A stretch of DNA of 20,000 nt, from IMG/VR virus record IMGVR_UViG_3300009529_000008; one strand, written 5' to 3'. The translations under genes were made by a program, and so were the position numbers. The notes under the pieces are model-generated. The model worked only from the letters and a program-made list of their open reading frames with translations, was not told the DNA's origin and ran no database searches. Positions 1-7,644 of the stretch are shown piece after piece (position 1 is the first letter of the stretch; every line of letters begins with the position of its first letter). Source of the DNA: an uncultured virus (IMG/VR IMGVR_UViG_3300009529_000008). Lineage: Duplodnaviria; Heunggongvirae; Uroviricota; Caudoviricetes.

Positions 1-2
1 TT

Positions 3-530
3 GTTGCTCAATATACGGGAAGTAAAATAAGAATATATGTAAATGGTGTTTTGGAGGATGAGGAGAATAGGACAGGGGCAATAAATGTTTTTGGGGGGTT
101 AGATATAGGGAGGGAAACAGGAGACGCAAATAGACATTTCAACGGCACAATAGACGAGGTCAGGATTTACAATCGGGCGTTGAGCGCGGATGAGATTAAC
201 CAGAGTTACCAACTCACCACCAACCAGAGCAGTTTTGTGGAGTGGGGAAGTGAAGAAAAATATACTACACCATTTTATCAAGTTACAAACATGGGCAATG
301 TCAATTTAGACGTGATAATGCAACTAAATTCAACTATTGCAGATATTGTTTTAAAGGCTGATACTGATAACAATTCATCAGGTGCTCAGGAAATTAATAC
401 CACACAACTTACGATTTATTCTAGTCTGCAACCAGACAATTGCTTAAATGTATGGATTTGGAGCGATTTTAACCACACCGTTGAGCAACAAACTAACAAA
501 ACTTTATATATTAATGTCACACAGTTATAA
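3..530 (+). CDS. 3' part of LamG/concanavalin A-like domain surface protein (adhesin-like) with C-terminal beta domain; 5'-truncated by window edge
   Basis: Frame is open from position 3 (VAQYTGSKIRIYVNGVLE...). It carries the LamG-like signature IYVNG...LDIG...FNGTIDEVRIYNRALSADEI. The C-terminal ~85 aa resemble the C-terminal half of ORF 572..1081. Confidence 0.8.
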   Translation, partial: VAQYTGSKIRIYVNGVLEDEENRTGAINVFGGLDIGRETGDANRHFNGTIDEVRIYNRALSADEINQSYQLTTNQSSFVEWGSEEKYTTPFYQVTNMGNVNLDVIMQLNSTIADIVLKADTDNNSSGAQEINTTQLTIYSSLQPDNCLNVWIWSDFNHTVEQQTNKTLYINVTQL

Positions 531-551
531 AAGGTGACAAAAAAAAAAAAA

Positions 552-559
552 GGAGGTGA
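552..559 (+). promoter_or_regulatory. Archaeal-type Shine-Dalgarno GGAGGTGA
   Basis: GGAGGTGA ends 12 nt upstream of the ATG at 572 and is preceded by an A13 run. Confidence 0.7.
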
Positions 560-571
560 AAAAAAACAAAA

Positions 572-1081
572 ATGAAAAACAAAATATTAGTAGCAGGATT
601 GATAGTAGCAATGGTGTTAGGAGCAGTAGGCAGCGCAGCGGCAGTATATGATGCGAGTACCCCATGGACAGGAACGGTAAAGTGGATAGTACCGAGTGAT
701 ACGGCATTCTCAATAACTTTCGCAGGTGGAGAAAGTACGATAGATTTCGATAATAACCTGACATCGCAAACACAAAGTGGAGTCCAACCTGATTCGCAGA
801 ACAACGCAACAAGCACGCCAATAATAACAATAACAAATGATGGTAATCTCAACCTAAATTTCACGTGCAACTTAACTGCAACGAAACCCGATTGGGCAGT
901 TATTAAACAAAACAATGAAACATCTTATACCGGGGCAACGACTTTCGATACAACCGCAGTTGTAGTTAATGCAAGTGTACCTGCATCACAAAGCACCAGT
1001 ATGTATATCTGGACAGATGTAACAAGTGCTCCTGCTGGAACTACCGAAAGAACATTGCAGATAAATTCGGCACAGGTTTAG
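572..1081 (+). CDS. Secreted Thr/Asn-rich beta-sandwich protein; possible filament or fibre subunit
   Basis: Sec signal peptide MKNKILVAGLIVAMVLGAVGSAAA, strong SD, several N-X-S/T sequons, no membrane anchor. Confidence 0.75.
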   Translation: MKNKILVAGLIVAMVLGAVGSAAAVYDASTPWTGTVKWIVPSDTAFSITFAGGESTIDFDNNLTSQTQSGVQPDSQNNATSTPIITITNDGNLNLNFTCNLTATKPDWAVIKQNNETSYTGATTFDTTAVVVNASVPASQSTSMYIWTDVTSAPAGTTERTLQINSAQV

Positions 1082-1104
1082 AAGTAGAGGAGGAAGAAGA
1101 CAAA

Positions 1105-1911
1105 ATGCAAAAAGGAATTGTATTAGTCGCTATAATTATAGCGATAGGAATAAGCATAATTGGAGCGAGTAGCATCTTGTATTTCTGTTCTCCTTCTCCT
1201 ACTTCTAATCATATAGACTATATGAGTGAATTGCCAGAGAAACCCAGTGATTTTTATGTTGTTACAAGAGAAATACAATCGCACTATATAAATCTTTGTG
1301 AACTCGATGGTTCTTATTATTTACAACCCGAATTCTATGTACAGAGTTGGGAAAGAGGAAAACATTATTACGATTCCCACGATTATTCTCGGTGGGGCGT
1401 TCACGGTCACGGTGCTTATCCGGGAAACCCGCAAATATATTTCAACAATACTACACCAAACTCATGGATTTCGTTCTGCGTGTTCTACCGTACTGGTTGG
1501 AATATAGAAACATGGCAAGGGCTTAAACTAATAGCAGAAGAAAACGAGTATTTTGATGTGTACATAGAACCTGATGAATTTCTGTTAGAACCCACTTTCC
1601 CTGTTTTCAAAGAAGGATGGGCAAAGAAGTTAAAAATTACAGTGCTCATAAAGAAAACACCACCTAAAGGCACTTACAAAATTGCCATAAATGCTATTAA
1701 TCCATCCGAAGAAAAAGCTAAAGGATGGTTCTGGGAAGTTCTCAAACAGGAAACACAGACAAAAGAAGAGTTAGCAATGATAGAGCAGTGCGAACAACAA
1801 GGTATGTCCGTGCAATGCAAGGAATGGATTGAAACAGACAGAAAAAACAAATATGTGGATGCTGGGTTTATACAAGTAGGAAATAGACTATTGTTGGAAA
1901 TAAATGTATGA
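1105..1911 (+). CDS. N-terminally membrane-anchored hypothetical protein
   Basis: 268-aa ORF with GAGGAGG SD and an N-terminal hydrophobic helix; stop overlaps the next start (ATGA). Confidence 0.75.
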   Translation: MQKGIVLVAIIIAIGISIIGASSILYFCSPSPTSNHIDYMSELPEKPSDFYVVTREIQSHYINLCELDGSYYLQPEFYVQSWERGKHYYDSHDYSRWGVHGHGAYPGNPQIYFNNTTPNSWISFCVFYRTGWNIETWQGLKLIAEENEYFDVYIEPDEFLLEPTFPVFKEGWAKKLKITVLIKKTPPKGTYKIAINAINPSEEKAKGWFWEVLKQETQTKEELAMIEQCEQQGMSVQCKEWIETDRKNKYVDAGFIQVGNRLLLEINV

Positions 1912-2948
1912 ACAAAAATATTATTCGAGGAATATTTGCAGTTGCTTTGGTTGTTTGTTTTCTAATACAACCAATAGGGGGTGATTACGACAAATACAAT
2001 GTAAACTGGCGATTACCGTACAATATCACAGGTTATGTTCTGCACATCAATGGCACAGGAATAGAAAATGCTTATGTCCAGAATAATGTTACTACTGAAA
2101 CAAATTATTCTAGTATATCGGGTTATTATATCCTATCTGGAATAGAAGACAACTCAGTTTTGGTCACCACGAGTAAAACGGGTTATATAACTAATTCGAT
2201 AACCGTTAATGCAGATGGCAATTTAACATTATACAATCAAAACATAACACTTTCAGAGATGGTGTATGCACCAAACATAACATCATGGTGGAATAATTAC
2301 ACTTCTGATAATTCTACCAATTTCACCATTCCCCACGAGGACGAAAACAACCGCACGGTATTTTTTAATGTCACTGCTGACCAGGAAATAGATTATTGGG
2401 TATGGTACGTAGATGGTGAACTTTATCAAAATTCTTCTTCCGATAATATCACAAAAACATGGGACGAAGGAGGTGACAAAACCGTAAGTATTTATGGTAT
2501 CAACGCAAACGGGCAAACAAATACATTAACATGGAATATTGAAATAGAGTTTACAAGTTACGAATACGAAAAGCTTATATATGAACAGAACTTATTATTA
2601 TTGGAGGAAAATGAAATGATAGGACAAACTATGTTATTTGCGATACTTCTTATTATCGCTTTTGTATCCTTAGCGGTTGGCTATCTCTCACCAAATTCTC
2701 AATTTAAGATTTTCGGTGCCGCATTCTCATCGCTTTTATTTATCATTTTAGCGTATGCAATTATAGGCAATCAATTCGGTGAGAAATTGCAGATGGCATG
2801 GCTCGCTACACTTTTAGTTGCATTAGGTATTGTTCAGACAATTTATACATTATTAACAGTTATCAGCTTATTATATATGATGTTTGTATCGAAAGGGCAA
2901 GCGGGGATGAATAATATACCCTTTGACCCGTACGATGGAAAGTGGTAA
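1908..2948 (+). CDS. Glycosylated surface protein: signal peptide, carboxypeptidase-regulatory-like and PKD/Ig-like domains, ~3 C-terminal TM helices
   Basis: Motifs ITGYV...GIENAYV...GYYILSGI...SKTGY and WYVDGE...KTVSIYGIN; many sequons; hydrophobic C-terminus. Confidence 0.7.
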   Translation: MNKNIIRGIFAVALVVCFLIQPIGGDYDKYNVNWRLPYNITGYVLHINGTGIENAYVQNNVTTETNYSSISGYYILSGIEDNSVLVTTSKTGYITNSITVNADGNLTLYNQNITLSEMVYAPNITSWWNNYTSDNSTNFTIPHEDENNRTVFFNVTADQEIDYWVWYVDGELYQNSSSDNITKTWDEGGDKTVSIYGINANGQTNTLTWNIEIEFTSYEYEKLIYEQNLLLLEENEMIGQTMLFAILLIIAFVSLAVGYLSPNSQFKIFGAAFSSLLFIILAYAIIGNQFGEKLQMAWLATLLVALGIVQTIYTLLTVISLLYMMFVSKGQAGMNNIPFDPYDGKW

Positions 2949-3263
2949 TTACCTTCTTTTCTCTTCAGTAAAGCAATCCACCCCACGAACAACCAAAACT
3001 TGCCATGGTTTCATATCACATTCTTTAATAAGATAATTATTGTTATAAAATTTTACATGAATACCAAACCGCATAAAACATGTATGAACAAAAAAATTTG
3101 TTGGTTTTTTGAATGTAAATACTAATTTACCATCAAAATTTCTCTTAAACATTAATCCCAGTGTTCTTTTTAGAAATGTGTTCGCATATTCTATTTTGTA
3201 TCTCTCAAACATGCCTTGTGGTGCAACATTCTCCATGTCTACAATGAATTGTATGGGTATCAT
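2949..3263 (-). CDS. DUF192 family protein
   Basis: Motif EYANTFLKRTLGLMF...LVF.F......HTCFMRFGI.V.F matches the DUF192 pattern. Confidence 0.75.
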   Translation of the reverse strand: MIPIQFIVDMENVAPQGMFERYKIEYANTFLKRTLGLMFKRNFDGKLVFTFKKPTNFFVHTCFMRFGIHVKFYNNNYLIKECDMKPWQVLVVRGVDCFTEEKRR

Positions 3264-3286
3264 GCTTTCATTCGCTTATCGGGTTT

Positions 3287-3323
3287 AAAAAAATAAAAAA
3301 GAGAGGTAAAAAGAAATCCTCTC
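3287..3323 (-). terminator. Probable terminator of the capsid/pilin-like transcript
   Basis: Inverted repeat GAGAGG (3301-3306) / CCTCTC (3318-3323), followed on the - strand by a T-rich tract, just downstream of the stop at 3357. Confidence 0.5.
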
Positions 3324-3356
3324 AATGTTTTCTATTTGTTTTTTTGTGGCGTTTGC

Positions 3357-3692
3357 TTACTCACCACCTTTGCGTGAGAACATCATGAACAGCATCGGAA
3401 GTACGATTGCCATTATTCCCATCAGTGCGACTAACTTGTACATACTGAATCCCAATGCCACACCGCCTACTACATTGTAGTAAGATTCGTTCCACTTACT
3501 GTCGTTCGCTATCGTGATGACCTTATCAGTTTCACCTACGAGCATCATCATCACTGATCCAATTACCGCTGCCAGACCGAACAGGATTATCACGTACACT
3601 ATCGGATGATCCATGAAACCTCCGCCTATCTGTCCTTTCTTGTCCCTTTTTATCTTCCTCGCGTCTGTTAAAATTTCGTGTAGTTTACTCAT
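3357..3692 (-). CDS. Two-helix hydrophobic protein with basic class III-like leader; putative major capsid protein (spindle-virus type) or pilin
   Basis: Basic leader ending RDKKG|Q, two long hydrophobic helices separated by a short loop with sequons (NDS, NES), basic C-terminal tail, GGAGGTGA SD upstream. Confidence 0.65.
   Translation of the reverse strand: MSKLHEILTDARKIKRDKKGQIGGGFMDHPIVYVIILFGLAAVIGSVMMMLVGETDKVITIANDSKWNESYYNVVGGVALGFSMYKLVALMGIMAIVLPMLFMMFSRKGGE
3373..3461. repeat. 89-bp exact direct repeat, copy 1 (copy 2 at 4034-4122)
   Basis: Base-by-base identity from cgtgagaacatc to cccaatgccac; encodes the C-terminal helix of both paralogs. Confidence 0.95.
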
Positions 3693-3701
3693 TTTTCTTT
3701 T

Positions 3702-3968
3702 TCACCTCCCTCGCATTTTCATTGCAGCAAACATCAATGATAAAAATCCGAACATCGCCGCCAATATAAGAAATATTGTTGCTCCAGAAAGCATTGTAAA
3801 GCTTGTTTGTGTCATACCAACCGTTAGGGTGTATGTTTCGTTCAATCCAGATTCGTTAAGCGATGTTTGATTAATATTTTGGTCTATTGATGTTATACCA
3901 CTCATTGCTGCAAAGCTTAAGATACCCACTGCTACAAAAAGCATCAGGATACCTAATATTTTTATCAT
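3702..3968 (-). CDS. Two-TM hairpin protein with glycosylated loop; putative minor capsid/pilin-like subunit
   Basis: 88 aa; hydrophobic helix, loop with NQT/NES/NET, hydrophobic helix, basic tail; lies between the two paralogs. Confidence 0.65.
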   Translation of the reverse strand: MIKILGILMLFVAVGILSFAAMSGITSIDQNINQTSLNESGLNETYTLTVGMTQTSFTMLSGATIFLILAAMFGFLSLMFAAMKMRGR

Positions 3969-4017
3969 TTCTCTTCTCTCCGTTCGAGTAATTGTTTCTC
4001 TTTTGTTTGGTTATGTA

Positions 4018-4581
4018 CTACTCTTCCCTGCGTCGTGAGAACATCATGAACAGCATCGGAAGTACGATTGCCATTATTCCCATCAGTGCGACTAACTTGT
4101 ACATACTGAATCCCAATGCCACGCCACTGACGATATTGAGATAGCTTCCGTTCCACTTATTCTCATCGTATTTGTAGTCCACACCATAAGTTCCGTTAGT
4201 CCATGCAGTTATGTTCATCAATACATTATCACTTATATTATAGTGCGTGTCTTTCGTAAGTATCGTTCCTGGTGTACTAACATTGTACACACTTTCACTG
4301 TCGCCTTCTACATTTGCATGAGCAAGAGTATTTGTGTATGTATCTGAATTGTTTGTCCAGAACACCCATGACTCATTAGTTACTGAAGGTGTATCTAAGT
4401 TTGGTGCCACTACTTTATCTGTCTCGCCGACTATCATCATCATCACTGAGCCGATTATTGCTGCAAGCCCGAAGAGAATTATGACATACACAATGGGATG
4501 GTCTAAAAACCCCCCGCCTGCTTGTCCTCGCTTGTCTCTAATCACTCGAAAATTTGACTTATTTCTCTCTTTTCTAATCAA
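4018..4581 (-). CDS. Paralog of 3357..3692 with ~80-aa beta-rich glycosylated insertion between the helices; putative minor capsid/pilin
   Basis: Shares GGF.DHPIVYVIILFGLAA.IGSVMMM.VGETDKV and the C-terminal helix; leader ends RDKRG|Q. Start placed at TTG 4581 (GGAGTGA SD just upstream) rather than GTG 4638. Confidence 0.7.
   Translation of the reverse strand: MIRKERNKSNFRVIRDKRGQAGGGFLDHPIVYVIILFGLAAIIGSVMMMIVGETDKVVAPNLDTPSVTNESWVFWTNNSDTYTNTLAHANVEGDSESVYNVSTPGTILTKDTHYNISDNVLMNITAWTNGTYGVDYKYDENKWNGSYLNIVSGVALGFSMYKLVALMGIMAIVLPMLFMMFSRRREE
4034..4122. repeat. 89-bp exact direct repeat, copy 2
   Basis: Identical to 3373-3461 (offset 661 bp). Confidence 0.95.
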
Positions 4582-4661
4582 TGTTTCACTCCATAGCTTA
4601 AGATGCTCGGCTCGCTCTCTCGGCAAACAAAACACCACTAAAAAACTACATTATTTTCGTA

Positions 4662-4677
4662 CTATATAAAGCTTTCG
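4662..4677 (-). promoter_or_regulatory. Archaeal BRE-TATA promoter for the capsid/pilin-like genes
   Basis: - strand reads CGAAAGCTTTATATAG, nearly the same as the promoter at 12598-12612. Confidence 0.6.
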
Positions 4678-5144
4678 ATTATTAGAACTACAATCCACCC
4701 AATTGTTATGTGAGGTAAGAATGGTATTCCTCCTTTCTTTCGAGTAAATATAGTATATAATGCTCCTGATAATGAACTAAAAAACAAAATATTTAACGCT
4801 GTTATAGGAAAAGGCAGGAGGGGGAAGCAAAACGAAGAAGGGAAAGAGGGCAATGAGGTTGGATTGATAAAATAAGGATAGAGAATACTTAAACACAACA
4901 TTGCTTTAACATCAGCACCAGCGAACCACTCGAAACGATAGAAGGCAAACATTATAATTGACATCATGATAATAGAACAGAGTAACGGAACAAAAACAAA
5001 ATCTGTGATAAGAAACACCAACCCGACAATAATTAAAAAACTCCACACCTTATTACTTACTTCACCTCTTCTTATATCACTATAAGAAGCGTAAACTAAG
5101 CATATTGCTACAATAATGATTTTAATGAATTCTAAATCAAACAT
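4662..5144 (-). CDS. A24 family prepilin/preflagellin peptidase (PibD/FlaK-like GxGD-type aspartyl protease)
   Basis: Multi-TM protein with both catalytic Asp motifs (ASYSDIRRGEVSN and FAGADVKAM) and C-terminal IPFLPHITIG. Confidence 0.88.
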   Translation of the reverse strand: MFDLEFIKIIIVAICLVYASYSDIRRGEVSNKVWSFLIIVGLVFLITDFVFVPLLCSIIMMSIIMFAFYRFEWFAGADVKAMLCLSILYPYFINPTSLPSFPSSFCFPLLPFPITALNILFFSSLSGALYTIFTRKKGGIPFLPHITIGWIVVLIIESFI

Positions 5145-5179
5145 TGGTTTTATTTGTATAATTTCTCATTATTGAATCA

Positions 5180-6431
5180 TCAGCCACGGGCAATGAGACC
5201 TCGTGCTTCAGCACGGGAAGGAATTGCTCTTTTCACCTCCTGTATTTTTCCTCTTGCATGTTCCAATAACTTCAACTTCTTGCAGTTTACTGACGCTCCT
5301 ATCTGGTTCCTCTCTATATCTCGCAAATCAAAGTAACCACTACTTCTTAATCCAAATATGAACCCTTTTACTTTTCCAAATAGCACTTTATCAAACCTCC
5401 TGAACCCGTTTACTTCTTTTACCGTGTTCCTCTTCCTTCTTCCACGCTTCAATAGATTGGCTTTAAACAAACTCCTGTTTTGCCTTCTTACTTGCTTTTC
5501 TTTGTAAAAAACATTTGCACGCACATGGTTACTGCTACCACCAGCAATTACAAACGCATCGTTAACATGGCTCTTTTCTAATCCCTGTTGAGTCCGCCCA
5601 AATTTTGTTATACTGCCATAAGTCCACCCGCAGTCTAACATATTCACAAGTTTCCACCTGATATTGTTCATAAACGTAGCAGCTCTTAACGGCTCTTTTG
5701 CCTTCTTTTGTATCCCTATATGCCCGAACTCCGCCGCGGTTTTGTTCCCCTTCTCTTGGTTGCATTTGTGACATGCAATTGTAAGATTAGAAACCCGGTC
5801 GCTACCGCCACGTGATTTCGGTACGATATGTTCTACTAGCACATTTTCTGTTCCACTTCTCCAGTAGATACTCTCTCACGGCATAGCCTCGTAACTCTCC
5901 TTGCTGGTATTCCATCCCGTTTATCTCCGGGTTCTGCATCTTCGCAGTATCAAAGCTCGCTACTTCTATTATCGTTTTCGTTATAGGTAGTATTCGCTTC
6001 AACCATTCTATCAACCGAATATGGCTTTGGAACTTATGTTCCAATGAGGGTGTTAACCAACCTTCTCCACGTCCTCGATTATCAAATCTCGCTTCACGAT
6101 GCCAGAGCCTATTTCTTCGCGTTCTACGATACATTCTTCTCTTATTCAACAGTCTTTTTATGTCGCTTCTCAATTCCAATTCGCCTGCTATTAATTCCCG
6201 GTTCGCTGTAATCGCACTATAACCGATATGCGAATAACCCGCGTCTATACCTAATATGATGTCCTGTCTGTTCTCTCCCGTTGCATATTTCAGTTGTATT
6301 GTGAATGGTTCTCGGCGAACTACTTTCGCTTTGCTTTCTTTTAGTATCTTGTTTGCTTTTCGCTGTGTCGTTGGCATCAGCGGCTCTCCACGCATATTCA
6401 CTACATAGACTACATTGTTCTGGACTCTCAA
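5180..6431 (-). pseudogene. iscB: IscB RNA-guided endonuclease, frameshifted by a deletion at the start of the HNH domain
   Basis: PLMP motif, RuvC-I GIDAG, bridge helix RRMYRRTRRNR and RuvC-II EVASFD in one frame; HNH ([12 protein letters not shown]...CHKCN) and RuvC-III (SHVNDA) in another. The break is at ~5837, where KCA joins VEHIVP without the usual YC...L segment. Start at TTG 6431 is inferred. Confidence 0.88.
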
Positions 6432-6673
6432 GTCAGAACTCCCTCTATGCTGGGAATGATGTTCCTCGGGATTGTTGGAAAGAGTTTTTGCATCGCGAGC
6501 ACCGCTCTTACCGCTTGGAGCTTTTAACCCTGCGACCACAGAGCCAGAAACTGGAACGGCATCTCTGGGTGTGATGCTACTTCCCAACTGCTGCGTATTT
6601 TTTTCTTGCATCCTTTACGCTCCCTAATCACGCAGAGACTTCATGCCTCGCCCTTCTGGACGGGGTGCGTGAC
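5181..6673 (-). mobile_element. Non-autonomous IS200/IS605-superfamily IscB (OMEGA) element, 1,493 bp
   Basis: Subterminal hairpins at 5200-5217 and 6646-6665. The - strand begins GTCACGCACCCC and is followed by ATGA at the far end. Removing it restores an ORF. No tnpA. Confidence 0.85.
6435..6673 (-). ncRNA. omegaRNA scaffold of the IscB element
   Basis: ~240-nt GC-richer, hairpin-forming region directly upstream of iscB, starting with the typical GTCA..CACCCC end; 3' boundary approximate. Confidence 0.75.
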
Positions 6674-6851
6674 TGAAGTAGGGAATAGTTGTATTCTCCC
6701 AATTAATATTATGCCTTGAAGTTATATTCCTTTGCTCCTCTAATTCCTCTTTCCATGTACCTTCTAAAAATAAACATGCAAACACTATCCATACAATTAT
6801 GGTAACAATGAACAATAGCACTTGAATTTGTTTTCGTCTTTTTTCGTTCAT
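6624..6851 (-). CDS. Small single-TM glycoprotein interrupted by the IscB element (native C-terminus at 5137-5180)
   Basis: The last 16 codons come from the element end. Joining 6674 to 5180 gives ...TIPYFNDSIMRNYTNKTNV*. Confidence 0.7.
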   Translation of the reverse strand: MNEKRRKQIQVLLFIVTIIVWIVFACLFLEGTWKEELEEQRNITSRHNINWENTTIPYFSHAPRPEGRGMKSLRD

Positions 6852-7462
6852 TTCTTTATTCTGCTCCCTCTTTGTAACACTATTCCGGCATCATTCAACC
6901 TTTTTTTAAGTGTTACATAACTCATACCCTGCATCTTTGCTATCTCTTTTAAGGTATAACCATCATTTATCGCCTTCTTAACTCTTTCTGTGTCTATTCT
7001 CACTTTTGGACGATGGCACAATTTTCCCTCTCGTTTCGCTCGTTTCATTCCTAATTCCGTTCTTACTTTGATAGTATCTATTTCAAATTCTGCTATGGAA
7101 CCTAATAGATTGAACAATAGCTTTCCTTCTGGCTTACTGGTATCCAAATGCTCGTGCATAGACAACAATTGCACATTATGCTCTTGGAGAAACTGTGTAG
7201 TAGTGTTTAAATCCATCAAACTCCTGCTCAGTCTATCAAATCGCCATACAAGTACTCCTTCAATACCGAAAGCATTTTTCTCAACGTCATTTAGCAATCT
7301 CTGAAAATCTTTTCTATCAGTGGTTAATCCACTTTCCTTATCCTTATATTCTGCCACTACTTCGTGGTTATACAATTCACAATACCTTTTTAACTCGTTT
7401 AACTGATCTTCGTTCGTTTTTTGTTCATCCGTGCTCACTCTTGCATAAATACCCACCTTCAT
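6848..7462 (-). CDS. Small serine recombinase (resolvase/invertase family) with C-terminal HTH
   Basis: YARVST catalytic motif, ESG...R..F, VWRFDRLSRS, DTS.P.GKL.F...GSIAEFE, RT..G...A...G; 204 aa. Confidence 0.93.
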   Translation of the reverse strand: MKVGIYARVSTDEQKTNEDQLNELKRYCELYNHEVVAEYKDKESGLTTDRKDFQRLLNDVEKNAFGIEGVLVWRFDRLSRSLMDLNTTTQFLQEHNVQLLSMHEHLDTSKPEGKLLFNLLGSIAEFEIDTIKVRTELGMKRAKREGKLCHRPKVRIDTERVKKAINDGYTLKEIAKMQGMSYVTLKKRLNDAGIVLQRGSRIKK

Positions 7463-7516
7463 TTTTTTATATTTCTCCCTTTCTTTCGCTCATGTTAAAT
7501 AAGATAGGTTTCTTCC

Positions 7517-7529
7517 TATATAAATCTTT
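7517..7529 (-). promoter_or_regulatory. BRE-TATA promoter of the recombinase gene
   Basis: - strand AAAGATTTATATA, ~55 nt upstream of the ATG; GGAG SD in between. Confidence 0.55.
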
Positions 7530-7609
7530 AAACATTGCTTCGTTTGAGAATTATAAAAACCGTCCCCTTTTTATAGGTTGTTAACTTACTTTTATTTTAT
7601 ATCCACTTC

Positions 7610-7644
7610 TCTATCTTATCTAACTTCTTTTCTATCTTATCTAA
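7610..7644. repeat. 14-bp direct repeat TCTATCTTATCTAA x2 (21-bp period)
   Basis: Copies at 7610-7623 and 7631-7644; inverted 9-bp core ATAAGATAG at 7499-7507. Confidence 0.8.

Noticed and set aside
99..2516. Antisense or alternative-frame ORFs (99..281, 517..915, 525..836, 1298..1507, 1485..1673, 2283..2516)
   Set aside because: They are shadows of better-supported + strand genes with SDs and recognisable domains.
3373..4122. 89-bp repeat as a diversity-generating retroelement TR/VR pair
   Set aside because: The copies are identical with no adenine-specific differences, both are coding, and there is no reverse transcriptase in the window.
3965..4156. 63-aa ORF on the - strand
   Set aside because: It is an alternative frame over the conserved C-terminal helix of 4018..4581.
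6432..6611. N-terminal 60 aa of the 269-aa ORF (MQEKN...)
   Set aside because: It runs through the omegaRNA scaffold; IscB proteins start shortly before the PLMP motif.
6848..7462. Serine recombinase as an IS607-type TnpA of the adjacent IscB element
   Set aside because: The HTH is C-terminal (IS607 TnpA has it N-terminal), and the gene lies outside the reconstructed element ends.
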